DNA of 63,964 nt, counting the filler, from Kipferlia bialata (lineage: Eukaryota): assembly GCA_003568945.1 (NCBI GenBank). It is 5 parts of 5 records of this genome, joined end to end, with 100 filler letters (N's around TTAATTAATTAA, not from the genome) between each part and the next. Parts side by side here need not be neighbours in the genome. Positions count along the whole stretch, not along the records: positions 1 to 27,807 come from BDIP01000163.1; 4 more parts are not named here. One strand, given 5' to 3'. Shown here in pieces: positions 1-13,850 of the stretch. How positions within the stretch are numbered: position 1 is the stretch's first letter; each line of letters starts with the position of its first letter. A program made the position numbers and the translations under genes. The notes under the pieces were generated by a model, which was not told where the DNA came from, searched no databases, and saw nothing but the letters and a program-made list of their open reading frames with translations.

Positions 1-3000
1 CAAGCGTCAGGGTCATGGGTTATGATCTACACGATAGCTGCCAGACGTTCTTTGCTAAGCGGCACATAGGTGGGTCACGGTATCTTCGATTTGCACTAAG
101 CTATAGCTACTGTGATTTAGTCTTCCATTGGCTTATTGCTGAGCATACAATATATGACCACCTGACTCTTACGCGATAGGTGTATGTCCCCAGCTCAATG
201 AGAACCTGTGGGTGGATCTCTCAGTGGAGCAGAACGTCATCAATGCTCTTAGGTCAGCAACCACATAAGTTTGGTATTTGTCAATTAGTTGTGAATCCCT
301 TTCTCTCCTAACCCCAGGATCCGTGGTGTCACCTCCAAGTCTGAGCGTGAGTCTGTCTGCCACACCATTCTGAAGGGGGTCAGACTGTTGCAGCACAGGA
401 ACAGAAAGGTATATATTGGTGCATATATTTATATCTATACATGTGTTAGTATGTGTATCTCGATATAGTTGCATGTATATTACTTGTCATTGTGTTACTC
501 TGCTCACCCCTAGGTCCATGAACTGTCTGGTGGCATGCAGCGCCGGCTGTCCCTGGGACTGTCATCTGCAGGTGGGATATATACACGCATATATATATAT
601 ATATATATATATGTCTATCTACCATCAATAATATACAACACTATTATTTGCGTTCTTACCATGTCTGTACTATGCCATCTGCATGTGAGAGACTATAAAC
701 TAGCATACTTTCTAATCCACAGGCTCCCCCAGTCTCATCTTCCTTGATGAGCCAACCACTGGCCTGGACCCAGCTACCAAGAGGGCGGTGTGGTATGTAA
801 ATATGGATACATCAGTATTTATACTATATATATATATTTATGCATAGGATTTCTTTCTCTATACATGATGTCTCTGGACTGGACCCAGTCACAAGAGGGC
901 AGTGTGGTACGATATCCATTACAGTTTACAGTACAAAGGAATTATTTGATGCTCTTCATACACTCTGTACTGACTCCTCATGTCACTTCTCATTCGCTAT
1001 ATTTCCACTATTATACGGTATACACATGTATCCATCCCTCACCCCCAGGTCCTACATGGCAGGTCTGAGGGAGCAGGGCAGTGCATGTCTGTTAACATCA
1101 CACAGCATGGGGGAGGTGGGACATATTATACATGTATGAATGTATTAGTCTGTTAGAGTGTATCTATATATGTATATTCTCTACATAAATAGGCAGTGCA
1201 TGTCTGTTGACATCACACAGCATGGGGGAGGTGAGGATATGTATCATGCTGTATATGTGAACGTGACTATGATTCATAGATGCCCTCCTGTATTCATTCT
1301 CACTCACTAGGTCCAGCGCCTGGCCTCAGAGATCAGCATCCTGCACAGGGGACACGTGCTAGGTATATCTTTGTATAGATAGTGTATGTATCACCGACTC
1401 CTCCTTTGCTCTACGGCTGAGACGTGGTGAATACATGTATATATATATATATATACATATATATGGATACACACAATGTCTGTGTGTAGGACTTCATCTG
1501 GTAGTAAATGGAAGATGTGCACCATATGAATGCTGGATATATGTAGTATATATGAAGTATATTGTGTATAATGTAGATGTGTGCAGGATACTGTTGTAGA
1601 GTATGACTCACTTTAGACACCGGTTCCTCCTTCGCCCTGAGGCAGAGGCATGGTGGATACACTGTCACCATATCCATAGACAGCACTCAGGAGACAGGGG
1701 GAGAGGGAGAGGGTGTGTGCCAGAGTGTGGTGGATACAGTGAGGTACGGGACTTGACATTCCCACACTTATACCCGGGATTGACCCTATCATTCCACCAT
1801 GTAGCCGATAATTGTATTGTTTCCCTCTCGATGTGTTTTCGTACTCATATGCTAATAGCTGTCAGGTCAGTAGTGCTAGCTGCTTCTCCCAGTTAACACA
1901 GTCTCTCCCTCTCGGTCTCTCTTTATGGATGTATATGTGAATCTTACCTTCAGATCTGTAGCCCCCGCGGCCTCTGTCTCTCTCTTGTCACAGCATGTTG
2001 TGACACTGTCAGTCCCCAAGGAGGATGGAAGACTCCTACCTCAGGTATCAACGATATCAACTACTCTCTCTCCTACTACAGGTATACATAATAGCAGATG
2101 TTTTATTATACTCCTTACTCGATGACTACTATGCCATTATGTTTCAGTCCCCAAGGAGGATGGGCGTCTTCTACCTCAGGTATCGACGACTATTCCTTTT
2201 CCTACTCGATCTCTCCCTCCCCCCATTCTTACGCGATAGGTGGCCAGGAACCTTGAGGAGCAGAGGAGGCGGGGGCATGTGACAGACTTCCTCATTGAGA
2301 GGTAAGTGTGTGCAGTATGAGTTCTACTCACACAAACATTGATTTACATCACTCACAATCAGAGCCTCTGAGAGCATGTGTTCACCATTATTATTCATAG
2401 TGAGTATGTTTCCGATACGTGAGTGACTCTTCTTACCCCCAGGGCCTCATTGGAGCATGTCTTCACCTCCATGGTGGGACATGACCTAGACACAGACACA
2501 CATGCAGAGACACAGGGAGAGGGGGGTGTACCTTCATCCTCTGCTACTGTGGGTATTGAGGACACTAAGACTCTCATGCAGAGGCCACTCTCTGGGTGGC
2601 CCTGGGGTGTGTTCAAGAAGGCCTTCCTGGTGGACCAGGCACAGAGTGGCATGGGTGTGTACATTCATTATATATATACATATATATTCATACATGATAC
2701 TATACTGTATATTCGTGATACCGCTTTCTTTCACCAATATATACCACTGCACATCTTACCATCCTGGAAGCTTGTTTCTGCCCCAGAGTTGATACTTCTC
2801 TCACCCCAGGTGTGTTTAGGCACCTGATACTCGCTGTTGTCCTGCTGTGCATCAATGCAGCACTGGTGGCTGTGACAGGTATATACCATATATCATATAT
2901 GATAGTACGAGTATATATATCATATACAATAACTATATGACATTCTCTATTCAATGTGATGATATGTGTTTCTATGTCCTGTTCTGCATCAATGCCGCCC

Positions 3001-6000
3001 TGGTGGCTGTCACAGGTATGTATCGTGTAAGTCCAGTTCCTTTCTATTATGCGTGTGTTTTACTCAATACACTCTATACATACACTCCCGGTTGTAGTTA
3101 CATACATATATTTGACATGCCTCTCATCCCTCAGGCCCCATCCTGGAGCAGTTCTCCAAGACATGGTACCAGACAAACTACACGGAGGTAGTATTCCATA
3201 CTATATCTGCTATGCTGCTCTCTGTCCACTCTCTCGCTATCAATATACCCTCACCTATAGACCCAAACCCTATATCTTGGTTACTTAATACTATATACTA
3301 TATACTCTCTCTCTCTCTTTCCATACCCACTTACTCTAGACCCTGTGCCTAGGTTACTCTCTCTCCACTCTCTCTCTCTCTCTCGCCTTAGATATCCTCT
3401 AACTGCTAGACCCAGACCCAGTGCCTGGACTGCTGTGCCCAGTATGGCTATCTGGATCTGGACTCATGCCTCGATGACAGGTGGGCTTTCTCACTCTCTC
3501 TCTCTCTACCTCTCTCTCTCATATATCTTGTGTCTCTTACCCCCAGACCCCATGGCTTTCACTGTCTCTCTCTCTCTGAGTCTCCATATATATGACAATT
3601 GTGTAATATATATATAGTATCTCTATCTGACTTCAGACCCCATGACTGTCATACTCTCTATCTCTCTCTCTCTCTATCTCTCTCTCTCTATCTCTCTCTC
3701 CCTTGTCGTATATACCTCTTACCCCCAGACCCCATGACTGTTTCCGAACCAATGTCGGTGTCTACCTGAGCAGCGACCCCTGCTACAACTACTTGCTCTA
3801 TGAGGTATGCGGGTATCAGTATATCTATCATGAGTATATATGCATGGGTAGGTCACTTGCCACTTGCTCCTTATCTGACACTCAGGGCCTTGATGTCAAC
3901 TGGGAGTTCCCCTACAAGATCAACGACCCATCTACGGTGCTAGGGGAGGTATTGATGGCTTTGAATATCTCTCTCCAGTAATAGTGTGACAATATGCCTT
4001 TGTTGCCTCGTGTGACAGTGCAGTGTATTCTAAGAAGTTTCTACAGTTATACCATTGTTTGATTGTTGCCTACCATCTTACTCTACAGTTCGGTGTAGCC
4101 ACCTGGGGCTTCGAGAGCATGGGTGCCATCAATTCCTACGCGGGTAGAGAGGGCGAGTGGCCACCATCGCGTAGCTCTGCAGCAGACCTCGACAGCATCA
4201 TACCCTACGGGTGGATGGGCGATGGGTACCTAGGTACGACTATACCATTCAGAACTAAATTCGTAGTGTTCATATGTTGTCTTTATAGTGTATGAATTAC
4301 TGTATCTCACCCCTAGTACAATTCAGACTACTCCTATTATACGTGTTGCCTATACACATGCCTTGGCACTACTCACCCTAGTCAACAACGCCAATGGGCA
4401 CATTGACCAGAATGTACTGGATGCACACTGGGACAACATGTACATAGACAAGGCAAGTATAGATATATATACAGACCTATATATACATACATATATATAC
4501 AGATATGGTATGTATACATGTATAAATAGTGATGCACACTNNNNNNNNNNNNNNNNNNNNNNNTATGTATACATGTATAAATAGTGATGCACACTGGGAC
4601 AACATGTACATAGACAAGTAAAGATATTGATACCAATATATATATATATACGTATATATTGTATTGTGTAATACATATACATATTGAATACATGTATTCA
4701 TTATATATATTACAATATATTAATTGCATATACTTATACATATACATGTTTTATGTATATGTACATAGACTAAGTGTGTGTACCACTTTTCAAATCCTTC
4801 TAACTTCAGGACCCTGTCCTCTACCCCGACCCCAAGGACGAGGATACCAGAGGGTTCTGGCCATTCCTGGGAAGACGGTATGTCAGGATGCATATCATAT
4901 ATAGATACATACAAATATATATACAAATGTGTAACAACCGTAAATATTTATATACCAGAGGGTTCTGGCCATTCCTGGGAAGACGGTATGTCAGGATATA
5001 TATGTATTCATATATATACTTATTCGAGTATTAAGAACATCTCCTTACCGACTCTTGTGTATTCCTAGCGACTGTTAACCTTCAGGTTCATTAGCGCATT
5101 CAGAGACGACTGCCAGAACAGTGTGTATGACTGTGAGTTTGAGTGCAACTATGCACTGGCACCATTCGCCAAGTACAGTGGAGATGACACATTCGACCAG
5201 AACCAGTGCATGTGAGTGACATGTATATATGTACTTTATGTATTTATGGCATCTCGTGTATACATATATATATGAGTTCTTCTTTCTAATTCTTTTGAAC
5301 TTCAGCACAGACTGCAATGCCTAGAGTGACCATCATTAGTACAGCATGTATACGTATTTACATATCTTCATTGTGTATGTGTAATTATTATTCATGTATC
5401 TAACCTCAGCAACGACTGCAATACCAAGAGTGACTACTACATGGCCAACTGCAATGGTGAGTGGGTGAATATACGCACTAGACTAGGCTTGCTTATGGAT
5501 AATAGTAGAGTGTTGTGATTTTTGATTGTGTCATAGTAATATATAGTATTATAGGAGTGTTCTATAGTGTAATATGCATTGCCATCTGCAGTAGTGAGAA
5601 ACTAAGAACACTAGACTAGGCTTTCTTAGTGGATAATAGTATAACATTTTGATTTATAGTGTCATATGCGTGGGAAACTGCAGTGGTGAGTGGTTGTAGG
5701 CACATACATTCATATATACATTGAGTATTTTCCATATATATGTATACACTTTGCCTCTATACTATCTGACTCCTAGCTGACCCCTGGATCTCTAACAGCA
5801 CCATCGACATATTCACATACGACACTGTCGACGACATGAACAAGGATATTGTGAGGTGGGTCAATACTGTATATTCTAAGATAGTTTATTGTAAGTATTC
5901 ATGTTCTAACTACATGGACAGGGACATTGTGAGGTGAGGAATACTTAACACATATACTGTATTTAGGCCAAATAGTGTTTCTCTCTCCCACTCTCACTCT

Positions 6001-6524
6001 AGCATGCAGCGCACCACTGACTACTTTGGCTATGAGAATGACGCATATGGGTACAACCTGGCCATGAGGCAGATGAGACGAGTGCTGCCCAATTACATAG
6101 GTACATATTATGTATATATCATATAGTTATGCATATTCCTAGATAGTTGTGTATGGGTATAACCTGGCCATGAGGCAGATGAGGAGGGTCCTACCCAACT
6201 ACATCAGTACGTTATCCTTCTCTCTAACTATATATCCTCTTTGTCGATAAGCACTGTACTTTGACTTTCTTGACCTCTTTCCCCCTCTCTCTCTGTTTGT
6301 CTGTGTGTTACTATATTAGTATGTGGCTCACATCAGTCGAGTCCCTGTACCTAGACTTCCCTGACCCCTCGGATGTCACTGGTGTATCAGTATCAGATAC
6401 TGATACTGCCACTGATGCTGAGAGAGAGGGGGAGAGAGAGGGGAAGAGAGATATTGGAGATGAAGACCTCTCCCACTATGCATACAGGATGCACACATGG
6501 CTGCCCAACACACCCAGGGTGAGG

Positions 6525-6558
<34 letters not shown>

Positions 6559-9500
6559 GACTCACGATATTTCTTAAGTCTAATGTCAGACCCCTTGGGC
6601 ATACTCCCATTCTCTCTCTCTCTCTCTGACTAACAATAACTCATAAGCCTGCCTCTAAAGTCTTACTATCAGACCCCCTGGGCATACTCGCATGCTAGTC
6701 TGAACCTGCAGTTGCACAATGGAAGGTATGCATTTCCTGCTACATTGTGTTAGTCCTTCATTGTCCAACATTGCTTGTGACAGATGTCTCCGTAAACTTG
6801 TATTCTTTGATTCAGTCCCTAACTTCCAGCCACCTCTTTCAGGTCAACACTCATTTGTATACTCAAACACATTTGCTACTCTATTATTGGGCCTAGTGTT
6901 ATTGTATTACTCTCGCTTCTCTCCTACTTCCAGCCACCTTGTCCAAGTAGTGTTGACGCTTCACTCTAAGAAGTAATTCATTGTTCAACATTGTTTGTGA
7001 CTCTTATTAACCTATATATTCCTTGCTTTGGTAACTAACTTCCAGCCACCTTGTCCAGGTCAAGTATCAGAGTCATTTGCTATTTAGAATTGAATTATCC
7101 CTTCATTCCCCCATTCCGATATCATTATCTTTGATCCCTTACAATCAGCCACCTTGTCCAGGTCAACAAGGAGGGCCAGGCGTCGATCTCTGAGAACATG
7201 TACGCACCCTATTTAACTGTGGAATTGCTGACCACTGTATTATGTCATCATATTGTTATACAGTGGATATATACATTCGGAGGGCCAGGCATTCATCCCA
7301 GAAGACATGCACCGTATTCTTTTCCTATACTGCCGTAGTTAGACTCTGACACCCTGTAGATGTTGTATGCGTCATTATATATCTAACCTCAGTCGGTTCC
7401 ACATGAGTACCCTCTTTTGGTTCAGATATCTCTCTCTCTTACATCAGTCGGTTCTACATCAATGCTATCTCGACCACCGATCATCGACTGGTCTGACATA
7501 TGTTGTATATAGTGTACACCTAAGTTGGAAGATCAGATAAGCCTTTCGCGCTGTCTATATATATGTTGGACTGCGGGTGAAATCTAACCCCAGTCGTCAT
7601 ATATGTATACAAGTGTATAGGTCTCTAGCACGTACGTGTATATATTCACTATGGCATATGTGGCCATGTGATGACGCTGCCCACTAGTTAGTGGTGTATG
7701 TGAGAGCACTTGAATGTATTGCATACACTCACCACTAGGGTCCCTGTGCTGTGGATCGGCATGGTCAATGACGACATATCACGTACCACCCAGACAGCTA
7801 TGGCCAGGGGGTATCAGGTATATATGTATATATATAGTGTATCTGTATATTAACATGTATGTAGTATATGTATATACATATCCCGTACCACAGACAGCTA
7901 TGGTAAGAGGGTACCAGGTACTACTGTATATATATATATATATACATGTGTGTGTGTGTGTGTGTGTGGGTGTTGTATCTATCTCTTTCTCTCTCTTGCG
8001 TATATATACTCAATATCTTACCCATATATCTATCTATCCATATATATGTATTATATCAATGTCTCTACCCTCTAGAGCATGCACCCAGGCCATGCCATGG
8101 TATATATATATATATATATATATTGTATCTCTCCTTCTCTCTATGTACCTTGCATATTGTCTCAATGTCTCACCCCCAGAGCATGCACATATTATAGGAT
8201 TATATTACACAATTTGCACAATCATCTATCTTACCCCTCCAGAGCATGCACCCAGGCCACGGAATGGACGTGTCCCTAGGCGTCAAGTGAGTCATATATT
8301 GTCTTAGCAAGTATTGCACCCATATACATGTCGTTGTGGAATGGCTTCAGTGATGTTTGGAGTCCTCAGATACATCATATTTGACATTACCTCTTGATAT
8401 GCCCATCTAACCACCAGATACATCCAGTACCCCTTCATCGCAGACCCCTCCTACACAATGGACACAGGTATGTTTATGTTATATATATATGTGTGTGTAT
8501 TTATAGACTCATAATTGATATATTCATAGCAGACTCCTCCTACACAATGGACACAGGTATATGTGTATGTATACATGCAGTGTCTATTATTCTATTTTTA
8601 TAATAGTACTATTCCATATATATGTATGAATATTGAATGTAACACATATTCAGACACCTCCTACACAATGGACACAGGTGAGTGAGAGATTTGATACTAT
8701 TATGACTCATCATTCCAGGTGCCCTCCTGTCCCTTCTGACTGAGCTGTTGTCATCATACACAATACTACCTGAATACAGATATATATATATACATATGTA
8801 TATGTATGTGTGTATGTGAGTGTAACCTCATTCCAGGTGCCCTCCTGTCCCTGCTGACTGAGCTGTTGGCTCCTATCGTGGCACTGGTGTTCATTCCAAG
8901 GTGTGTAGATGATTGGAATAGGAATTGCTGTTATTATTGCGTTGTATATGGAGCATTGTATGTTCATTTCAGGGTTGCTGTCTCCCTGGCCTCTGACCTT
9001 AATGTATTGCTAAATGACAATACTTATAGAGACTTACACTTTGTTAGTATCTTGAATGTGCATCTAGAGTACTCATTACAGAGTTGCTGTCTCTCTGGCC
9101 TCTGACCTTGAGAACGGCAGGGTCAGACTTCTCAGGATACACTCTCTGTCCCCTGCATCCCATACGCTCATGGTGGCTGCATACTATGGTGTACAGGGTG
9201 AGGACTGTTTATACATATATACAATGTCAAGTTGCACATTCAATTTATGGAGAGGAACGTATGACTGCTCCAGGTGGATACTTGATTAGCCGCTCTCTCA
9301 AAGATACCTTACCTCCAGGTCTCTGTGTCTCTCTGCTAGCTGTCCTCATCGGCTCTGTCCTTGGGCTGTCTCTCTTCTCAGAGGACCTGCTCCAGACCTT
9401 CACCTCCTTCCTCCTGGGCACATGGGGTTGTGTCGCATGTGGGGCACTCATAGGTATATATATCTATATATGTATATATATGTATGAAGAATCTATATTG

Positions 9501-12500
9501 ATGTATTGGTTGTGTCGCCTGTGAGGCACTCATAGGTCAGTATGTCCCCTTTACACGTTCTGCTGCATAATGTTTGTATATATAGAAATATATTTCAAGG
9601 GCATTCGGAAGTACTCTCAGTGCATCTCACCCCCAGGTGTTACCCTCAAGCGCCAGGCCCCAGCCTCGATAGTGTCCAGTATCCTGATGGGTGGGTTACT
9701 TCTGCAACTATTTCTACATATTTGCCCATTCGTGACTATCTCCATCAATTTTTCTCTTTGCAAGGTTTATCATGTCTGTCTATCCATCTCTCTCTGACCC
9801 CTCAGTCTGCTCCCTGGTCCTGGGTGTGTTCGTCCCCCCAATGGCAGGTGAGGGTGTACTATTCGTATCACTATTCACATGTATATATAAGTATTACTAT
9901 TCCAATGGCATGTATCCAAGTGACCACTATACGTATACGTTTACATATATACTCTATGTATTGTTCCATACAGGTGGATTCTCCCCCCCCCCCCAAGAGC
10001 AGGTCAGTATGTGTGTCTGTTACCCTACCCCTTTCAATACTTGTTGGGCTGTGTGATATTACATTCTCGGCATCCTCACAATCAGGCATGTTCCTGTTCC
10101 CCCCTCTTGCCTTCTGTGACATGTTGTCCCACCCGTCCTCCACTGAGCACCTTCCCGAACAGTGTGTAGTGGGCATAGCGCTCTATCTAGCTGGAGCATG
10201 CCTGGTACAGGTACACATTACTAGTGTACGATGTCCCATATACTGTATACTAAATACTCTTTGAATCTCACACCTAGGCTGAGAGTGTGAGGGATGCCCT
10301 CGTATCAGTGGTCAGAGCCACAGGCAGAGTGGTCAAGGGAGTGGCTGCATATGTAGCTGGTCTCTTTAGTGGGAAGGCTGAGACAAGGTATATACTATCA
10401 GTCACACTCACACTCACACACACTCACACATACACACACTACACACACACACACACATATGTATTCATTGAATATCACGTACCTCTAATGTCTATTGGCT
10501 TCGAGAGTAGTATATATACTAATGCACATGTATATCTCAAGGTGAATATGTCTCACCACTAGTGAGGCAGAGCAAGATTCCAACATCATGTCCTCATCCA
10601 CATATGTCTATACGTTATATATATAAATGTTTCAATGTCATCATTTAACTAGCAGCACTCCAGAGGACGATGTCCTTCTATCCTATATATATATATGTGT
10701 ATATATATATGAGTATTCAAGTATTGGTTACCAACCACTAGCACTCCAGAGGACGATGTCCTTCTGTCCCATGTACCCATTGTCAGTGAGAGTGAGGATG
10801 ATCATGATGAGTACGAGTATGGGAGAGAGCCAGTGGCAGATAAGGCACCCTCTCCCGATGCCAGTCTGTGCCTGACAGACATCCATCACACATATAGCAA
10901 CGGTACTAAGGTATGGGTGTTAATGTAAGTTAGTATATACATGTTCTCTCATGATTACTTACCCCCTAGGCCCTCCGGGGTGTCTCCCTGACCCTGAGGC
11001 AGGGTGAGGTCTATGGACTCTTGGGTGTGAATGGGGCTGGGAAGACAACACTCATTAACTGCATCACAGGTATCTATAGTATATATATGAATACATATAT
11101 AGTATATATAGTATATGGTGTATATAGTATATGCATTTAATGGTATATGGACTATTGGGTGTCAACGGGGCTGGGAAGACAACACTCATTAACTGCATTA
11201 CAGGTACTAATTTGTGTGGTTGCATTATTAGCATATGAGTGTAGTGTTTGCGATAGTATATTTATATTCAGGTGTTCTTCAATCTAGGAATAGTGTCATT
11301 CAGTCCATCTAATCATAGGCATTCTCCACCCCGACTCCGGCAAGGGCATGCTCTACAATATCATAATTATATATTAATGCATGTATAGTATTCTTTGTAC
11401 TGTATATACATATATAGTATATCTGCATTAAATCACAGGCATCCTGCACCCTGACTCTGGCAAGGGCATGCTCAGTGGCCAGTGCATGTTTGACAGGGAG
11501 GGAGGGGCAGAGAGGACAGAGGGAGAGGGTGCGGAGGGAGAGAGGGCCACTGTCAGTGACCATGTGGTCTGTGTGCCCCAGCACGACCTCTTCTGGCCCA
11601 ACATGACTGTGAGGTACGCGGTTAGCCTTATCGTGTAGGAATGGATAGTCCCATACCAGGTAGCAAATTGGTACCTTAGATACTCTCTAATGATCAGGCA
11701 GCACATGGACCTGATTGCTGAAGTGCGTGGGAGAGAGAGTGGTGTAGTGGACCAGGCTCTGAGGACGGTGGGACTGACACAGCATGCAGACAAGAGGGCA
11801 GGTACCGGATTACTATAGTCATAAGTATACGTATATACACGGTATTATATGCACCTATACAGCATTCAGACAAGAGGGCAGGTACTGGATCACTATCATA
11901 TATTTGGATATATACTGTAGTATCTATCCCTGGAAGGGAGTGGGCAGACAGCATAAGACGTAGCTTACATATGTATTACGGTCTCCCCCTCCTGACTATT
12001 GTCCTTTGCTTCCTTCTCTCTCTCTGTTAGGTTCTTAAAAGTGTATCAAACCTGTATTCTGCGCTGTATTCTTAATTGTATTCGACACGTGTCTATTATG
12101 TGTCCTAACCCCAGGTGAGCTGTCTGGTGGTATGAGACGCAGGATGTCTCTAGGCATGGCTGTGTTGGGGGCCAGGTCCATACTCCTAGCTGATGAGGTG
12201 TGCACATTGCAGATGCAGTATATGCTTTCGTATTATATCAGCATGACAGTTCTTAACCACAGTCCACCACTGGCCTCGATGTCACCAGGATTACTTACAT
12301 TAATCATTTTAGATCATGTATACATATGTATCAGTGTCAGTATCCACCAGTATATAGGATATGTATTATGGTACATCAGTCTGACTGTTCTCTAACTATT
12401 AGCCCACCACCGGCCTAGATGTAGCAAGGATTGGTTACAATAATCATTTAAGAATATGTATTTATATGCATTATCATTAGTTTTATAACACTTACCCTCA

Positions 12501-13667
12501 GCCCACCACCGGCCTCGATGTAGCGACCAGTATATAGGATATGTATTATGGTATATATCAGTCTGACTGTTCTCTAACTATTAGCCCACCACCGGCCTCG
12601 ATGTAGCAACTAGACAGGGCGTGTGGACAGGTCTGCTAGAGGCAGCTGCCTCACTCACTGTGGTACTCACCACACACTCGATGGGGGAGGCAGAGGCCCT
12701 GGCTGACAGGTACTGGATATATATAGACATATGTATTGGATAAGGGTATATATACTGATACTGAAACTGTAGACATATGTATTAACTGTTTCTACATACT
12801 TGGGGGCAGAGGCTATATGAGACAGGTAACTACTATTATATTTGTGTGTATAATCGTTTGCACCCTTAGTACCTCAGATGCGTATACATTTGTATTTGTT
12901 TACTAGGCCTGGTGTGTGTATGTATCCACCCTTACCCCAGATGTGGTGTGCTGAGGAAGGGCCAGCTGGTGGCACAGGGGTCAGTGCTAGAGCTCAAGAG
13001 ACAGGTACTGATGAATATTTACTCCACTATATATACTATATTGTATATGTATACATTACATATATGGTGTATGTGTGAAGAGACTGGTGCATGCACTCCT
13101 TGTATTCTCAGGCTGCACTATTAATTGTGTACCTTCGTAGTGTAATATGTATTTGAGAGACTCAAGCAACCCTTTGCTAACCGCACTCACCCCAGGCAGC
13201 AAATGGTGTAGTTGTCCAGCTCCGCAGTGCCCCTGTGTCAAGCACCAGTGACATTGTGGACAGATCAGTGCAGACCCTGGCAGACAGGTGTTATACACAA
13301 TATAGAGATAGAGTTCATTACTACTATTTATGATTCTTTCCTATATATATATATCAGTGCAGACCCTGGCAGACAGGTTGGCGATATACAACATATATAG
13401 AGAGTACAACTATTCACTATATGTTCTGTCTGACGCAGGATCAGAGCCGACTGCCCTGTGGTGTCAGAGGAGAGAGAGGGAGAGGGAGAGAGGGAGGGAG
13501 AGGGAGAAAGTGTCACCCTCAGACTGGCCCCTGACGCCACTCTCTCCACACTCTATGCCCTACTGTGCGGAGAGGGAGAGAGAGAGAGAGAGACTGGAGT
13601 GATGTGGAGTGTATCTTCAGAGCCGCTGGAGGAGATATTCTGCAACCTGGCACAGATTGACTACTAA
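1..13667 (+). CDS. Full-size ABCA-subfamily ABC transporter, multi-exon, 5' partial
   Basis: NBD1 exons: [10 protein letters not shown] (~181), [13 protein letters not shown] (~520), [13 protein letters not shown] (~733), LLTSHSMGE (~1090), SLEHVF (~2446). A large Cys/Tyr-rich exodomain and TM exons follow (~2800-10210). NBD2: [12 protein letters not shown] (~11015-11050), [19 protein letters not shown] (~12116), [27 protein letters not shown], ending [18 protein letters not shown] at 13667. Exon boundaries inferred by eye. Confidence 0.9.
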
Positions 13668-13850
13668 GTAGACTGGTATATAATAGATTCTTTTGATTAG
13701 AAGAGGATACTGAGTAAAGATAGAGTGGTCAGACAAATAATATACACAAAGACTGACTCAGACAAATCATAAACCCTTTTCACACAGAGTTTGTTGTGAA
13801 GATCTAGGCTCTGTGTCTCATCGACTCTTTTGGGATTGTGTGTGCATCCA

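Noticed and set aside
6100..6340. Apparent frameshift in ABCA if tattag (6319) is the acceptor
   Set aside because: The consensus acceptor ctcacatcag (ending 6336) restores the frame ([11 protein letters not shown]).
11143..11203. Exon copies as mutually exclusive alternative exons
   Set aside because: Most donor copies lack an upstream in-frame acceptor and most acceptor copies lack a donor; they cover only part of the exon.
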